From a virus (lineage: Duplodnaviria > Caudoviricetes), in the IMG/VR virus record IMGVR_UViG_3300042258_000071, positions 128,001 to 192,000 of that record: a stretch of 64,000 bases of DNA; one strand, 5' to 3'. Each line of letters starts with the position of its first letter. Positions within the stretch are counted from its first letter, which is position 1. The translations under genes were made by a program, and so were the position numbers. This document shows positions 60,172 to 64,000 of this stretch, one piece after another. Below the pieces are notes generated by a model. That model was given only the letters and a program-made list of their open reading frames with translations. It searched no databases and was not told the DNA's origin.

Positions 60172-60274
60172 TTCTATGATAGAGGTTGTACTATTATTTC
60201 ATACATTTAAAATGATGAAATTAAAAAGTACCACATACCCATATATTCGGTATCACTTTTAAAAGAGAGGTGTC

Positions 60275-61546
60275 ATGTCTGTTAGAGATAAAATCTCATT
60301 CTTAAATAAAAAATTAATGCATCACAATGAACTGTATAGAAAAGATGGCGTCTCAGATATTTCAGATTCTGAATATGATGAAATGTTTGATGAATTGGTT
60401 GCTCTTGAAACTAAGTATCCTCAATATAAAATCTCCGACAGTATCACGTCTAAAGTAGGACACCCCTCGTATCGAAATAAAGTTAAACACGAACAAAGAA
60501 TGTATTCTCTAAGTAAAGTATTTGATATAGAAGAGCTTCATAAATATTTTGCATCAAAAATAGATCATGACGTTCAAATGTATGCGGATCTTAAAAACGA
60601 TGGGGTTGCTTTAAAATTAATATATGCAAACGGGAAGTTGAAACATGCTCTCACACGAGGGGATGGAAAGATTGGACGTGATGTTACACAGAATATTAAA
60701 TATACATCTAATCACCTGCAAATCCCCTACACCGCCCCATTAACTGTAGTAGGTGAACTTACTTTAGCTAAAAAAGATCTTAAGAAAGTATCTGACCTTG
60801 CGGGTACTGAGTTTAAAACAACAAGACATGCTGTTGTATCATTTATAAATTCTAAAGAACCAAATTCTGATATAGGGAAATACTTGTCATTTTACGCCTA
60901 TGGTGTATATGGAACTACCTACAATTTTCATAGTGAGGCATTACGTTTCGTAGAGAAAGATCTTAATTTTAAAAGATCTCCCTGGGTACGATTTAAACTA
61001 AAAGATATATCTGTTCTAAACACCCTTTATAAGAGATGTCTTAAAGATCAGCAGACTTTTGATAATCCCATAGACGGGATCGTTGTTCGTATCGATGATT
61101 TAAGAGTATGCGAAGAGATTGGGTATACCGAACGTGCTCCAAGATTTTCATTGGCTCTCAAATTTAAGGAAGATGGGCACCTTGCTGAAATATCTAATAT
61201 CACTTTTAATTTCGGAGAGAGTGGTGTTATCACCCCCATTGCACATCTAAAAGATCACGTGGTAATACATGGGGTATCTGTTAAGAAGATATCTTTACAT
61301 TCTGTTGGGAACTTAAAAGAACTTGGTATCAATCCTGGGTCTAAAGTTAACGTCATCTTAGCAGGTAAAATCATCCCTCACATTCAATCTGTCATCTCCA
61401 TAAGTAATCCATCCACATTCTCAATCCCAGATACCTGCTGGGTATGTGGATCTAAGTTAACATTTAATACGAAACATCTTAAATGTCAGAATGTTAAATG
61501 TAAGGAACTTAGAAGTACAATGCCTTCTTCAGACATAAACATGTGA
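60275..61546 (+). CDS. ligA: NAD+-dependent DNA ligase (short form lacking HhH/BRCT)
   Basis: ISDSEYD, MYSL, KNDG adenylation motif, LTRGDG, IDGIV, ALKF, OB fold and C4 Zn finger. Confidence 0.9.
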   Translation: MSVRDKISFLNKKLMHHNELYRKDGVSDISDSEYDEMFDELVALETKYPQYKISDSITSKVGHPSYRNKVKHEQRMYSLSKVFDIEELHKYFASKIDHDVQMYADLKNDGVALKLIYANGKLKHALTRGDGKIGRDVTQNIKYTSNHLQIPYTAPLTVVGELTLAKKDLKKVSDLAGTEFKTTRHAVVSFINSKEPNSDIGKYLSFYAYGVYGTTYNFHSEALRFVEKDLNFKRSPWVRFKLKDISVLNTLYKRCLKDQQTFDNPIDGIVVRIDDLRVCEEIGYTERAPRFSLALKFKEDGHLAEISNITFNFGESGVITPIAHLKDHVVIHGVSVKKISLHSVGNLKELGINPGSKVNVILAGKIIPHIQSVISISNPSTFSIPDTCWVCGSKLTFNTKHLKCQNVKCKELRSTMPSSDINM

Positions 61547-62253
61547 ATATATGGAGCAGTCTAATGCTAGATGCGACGCCACTCACACTAGACCAACTAT
61601 ATCAACTATATAAAGTTCGAGAAGTAGAAGGAACCCTTTTAATGAATATGTATATCACTCTAGGGGTCATCTTGGTGACCATCACCTTATCAAGTATTGG
61701 TTTGTGGTTTTGTTTTCACACTTATCAGTTAAAAAGGTCTCAACTAAAGAAACTTCCGTTAAAACAACTGTCTTTTCAAAACTCTAATACACAAAATGAT
61801 CCTTCTTCTCAAAAGGTGTATGATTCTTCCATCGAACCTCTTATTAAGAAGAATCTTAAAAATATTGAAGATCAACTTTCAGCAATATTCAAACTCAACT
61901 TTGAAGAGTCAAAAAGTTTAACACTTAATACAGTAGAGTACGAGTTGATCATGGAGTCTCTTAATGAAACTTCTCGAGTTAAACGTCCTATTCTTAAACT
62001 TAACGTTAATATGACTCACGAGATTTCAAATTCTTCTCCATCAAAAATGGACTCCCCCGATGATGATGACGACGAGGCTTTCACCGATTCCATCTTATCT
62101 GTATTTGAAGTCTTCGGTGTTCCTGTACCAATATTTCCTAAAAGTAAAAAACTGGAAATAGATGTACGTGGGTCTGGACCTAAATGTATGGAGATTGACA
62201 TGCATCTTGGTGTTTATTGGGATATGGAATTAAGGGAGTCACAGAATGTCTAA
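61543..62253 (+). CDS. hypothetical membrane protein
   Basis: Single TM segment; overlaps neighbours. Confidence 0.5.
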   Translation: MNIWSSLMLDATPLTLDQLYQLYKVREVEGTLLMNMYITLGVILVTITLSSIGLWFCFHTYQLKRSQLKKLPLKQLSFQNSNTQNDPSSQKVYDSSIEPLIKKNLKNIEDQLSAIFKLNFEESKSLTLNTVEYELIMESLNETSRVKRPILKLNVNMTHEISNSSPSKMDSPDDDDDEAFTDSILSVFEVFGVPVPIFPKSKKLEIDVRGSGPKCMEIDMHLGVYWDMELRESQNV

Positions 62254-62848
62254 GCCCATCATTTTCCTGACAGGTGTCCATGGAAGCGGTAAATCAACAC
62301 TTGCTGAAAGATATGCCTCTGAAAATAGTCTTACATATATCCCATCAAGTGTTAGTGATATTCACAAAAAATATGGCGTTACTGTTGCACAAGAAATCGA
62401 TCTTGATCTAAAACTTAAGATTCAACATGAAGTCCTTCAAACCTGGAAGGGTCATCTTCTAGGTATCTTTGAACAAGGTACAGGAGCTATCTTTGATCGA
62501 TGCCCTGTTGACTTCTATGTGTACACAATTATGGCTATTCGAAAAGACAGTAATACAAAGCACTGTGCTATCATGCAGAATTATCTTGATGAATGTATAC
62601 GTATGATGAAGCAGGTTATGGCAAGTTTTAGAGTACATCTCATCTATGTATCTCCCATCTCTCAAGACGATCTGTTAACATCAGATCGTGGAGTCTATAA
62701 AGCACCTCCAGGACCATTCGCACAGATGTTTTCAGACATCATGATAGGCTGTCTTTACAGAAACGAGCTCCCTGCTCAGATCATAGAGGGTCCCCTTGAT
62801 AAACGATACTCTCATATGGCAACGCTTATTCGTGATCTTATGACTTAG
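62246..62848 (+). CDS. P-loop (deoxy)nucleotide kinase-like protein
   Basis: FLTGVHGSGKST, IFDRCPVD. Confidence 0.7.
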   Translation: MSKPIIFLTGVHGSGKSTLAERYASENSLTYIPSSVSDIHKKYGVTVAQEIDLDLKLKIQHEVLQTWKGHLLGIFEQGTGAIFDRCPVDFYVYTIMAIRKDSNTKHCAIMQNYLDECIRMMKQVMASFRVHLIYVSPISQDDLLTSDRGVYKAPPGPFAQMFSDIMIGCLYRNELPAQIIEGPLDKRYSHMATLIRDLMT

Positions 62849-62867
62849 CCCATAGTGATATCATCTA

Positions 62868-62875
62868 TATATTAC
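62868..62875 (+). promoter_or_regulatory. early promoter motif TATATTAC
   Basis: Exact motif plus N5-TGA upstream of phuZ. Confidence 0.7.
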
Positions 62876-62916
62876 TAAAGTGATCCACTCCAACGACCAA
62901 CATAAGGTATGTTCAC

Positions 62917-63981
62917 ATGAATGACTCTGCAACACCTGCAGCTGAGACAACATCCTACCAACCCGTGGCAGCTGTCGTACCATCGACGCCTTCGATCACG
63001 ATATATGCTTGTGGAGGGTGTGGGATCAACATGCTTCGCAGTATGAAAGATGCCATCTCTCCCTATATCGATAAAGTGCGTCGCATTTGCACTGCGGATG
63101 CAGATATTCGGTCCGGGGAAGAAGTTTATATGGTGTCTGGAACTAAAGGATCGGGATCAGGGACCATCCGATCCACAAATGCAGATGCTATTTTTAAGTA
63201 TGTTGCAAATCTTGATGATGAAGATCTTGGCTACTCAGATATCAACATCATCCTCACCTCATTATCAGGTGGTAGCGGAAGTGTCATAGCGCCTGCGCTC
63301 ATAAAACGTATCCATCGGCGCTCCGGCGGAAGTGCCCAGTTCATCTTCATCGGCGTTGGACATACGTCCTCTGAAACATTTACTAATAATACTCTTAATT
63401 CTCTCAAGAGCATGGTAAATATCACTACCACAGATAAGATCTATCTCCCCTCGCTTATCTTTGATAACAGTAGTGTTGGGGAAGATATCGTAAACGCTAC
63501 TATGAAATACCGGTTAACACAACTGGTGTATCTCTTTGCCCTACCGACTTATAATCTAGACCCATCTGACCGTAAAAACTTCTTAAATGGCATCCGCACG
63601 ATGAATGCAGCGCCTGGCATGCGTCTCTTGCGCTTACATTCCGTAGATGAGGAAGACACTCATGTCAACACTGGTGAAGTGTACCATCATGAAGAAGGTG
63701 AAATTTTCGACGCCTTATTGTCCATTGGTCATGAGACTGAGGATGGGGGTCGAAACTACATCAACTGGTCAAGTACCGTTCGACATGTTCGTCAGGGTAT
63801 TTTCAAATCTCAACGCATAACGGCATTAGCAGCGTCCATCTCTTCTTCAGATGCCGGGATCGCTTCATTGATGAAAGAAATTGACAACCAGGCAACTCGA
63901 TTCCAAAGTCAATCTAAACATGTCACTTCCATCATTCGGGTTGACCCCAGTGATACGAATGAACATGGCATGGTGCTGTAA
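62917..63981 (+). CDS. phuZ: PhuZ tubulin/FtsZ-family spindle protein
   Basis: ACGGCGIN, GSGSG, SLSGGSGS tubulin signature, LDPSD T7 loop, C-terminal GMVL. Confidence 0.85.
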   Translation: MNDSATPAAETTSYQPVAAVVPSTPSITIYACGGCGINMLRSMKDAISPYIDKVRRICTADADIRSGEEVYMVSGTKGSGSGTIRSTNADAIFKYVANLDDEDLGYSDINIILTSLSGGSGSVIAPALIKRIHRRSGGSAQFIFIGVGHTSSETFTNNTLNSLKSMVNITTTDKIYLPSLIFDNSSVGEDIVNATMKYRLTQLVYLFALPTYNLDPSDRKNFLNGIRTMNAAPGMRLLRLHSVDEEDTHVNTGEVYHHEEGEIFDALLSIGHETEDGGRNYINWSSTVRHVRQGIFKSQRITALAASISSSDAGIASLMKEIDNQATRFQSQSKHVTSIIRVDPSDTNEHGMVL

Positions 63982-64000
63982 GTAGTTACACTGTACCTTT

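Noticed and set aside
1-64000. CRISPR array, tRNA or rRNA genes
   Set aside because: No regularly spaced repeats or cloverleaf/T-loop signatures seen by eye; a tRNAscan-SE run would be needed to exclude them fully

Overview
This window is part of a nucleus-forming (phiKZ-like, Chimalliviridae-type) jumbo phage genome. It is AT-rich and almost entirely + strand. The left third is a late/structural block: putative baseplate/tail proteins, two tandem Gly-rich gp38-like adhesins (the first broken at a G9 tract), a DUF4376 fibre-associated protein, a probable virion RNA polymerase beta' C-terminal subunit, the gp175-type prohead protease, a ClpP plus a degenerate ClpP paralogue, and the terminase large subunit with a class-3 mini-intein. 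The rest is mostly small accessory genes in units delimited by TATATTAC early-promoter motifs and long GC-rich palindromic hairpins. These include a Macro-SLOG fusion, NDK, an exonuclease, HslV-like, HD, HAD, C39, GNAT and XRE proteins, and the window ends with an NAD+-dependent ligase, a P-loop kinase and PhuZ tubulin. Most notable leads: (1) a ~540-nt ORF-free, densely base-paired candidate ncRNA with its own promoter and terminator (8690-9267); (2) a DUF1778/TacA-type antitoxin split between an unannotated 58-aa ORF and the tail of the next gene; (3) a possibly phase-variable adhesin; (4) a ClpP/ClpR-like pair beside the head protease; (5) a possible capsid-derived domain fusion. All family assignments are by eye from motifs; no database search or folding program was run.
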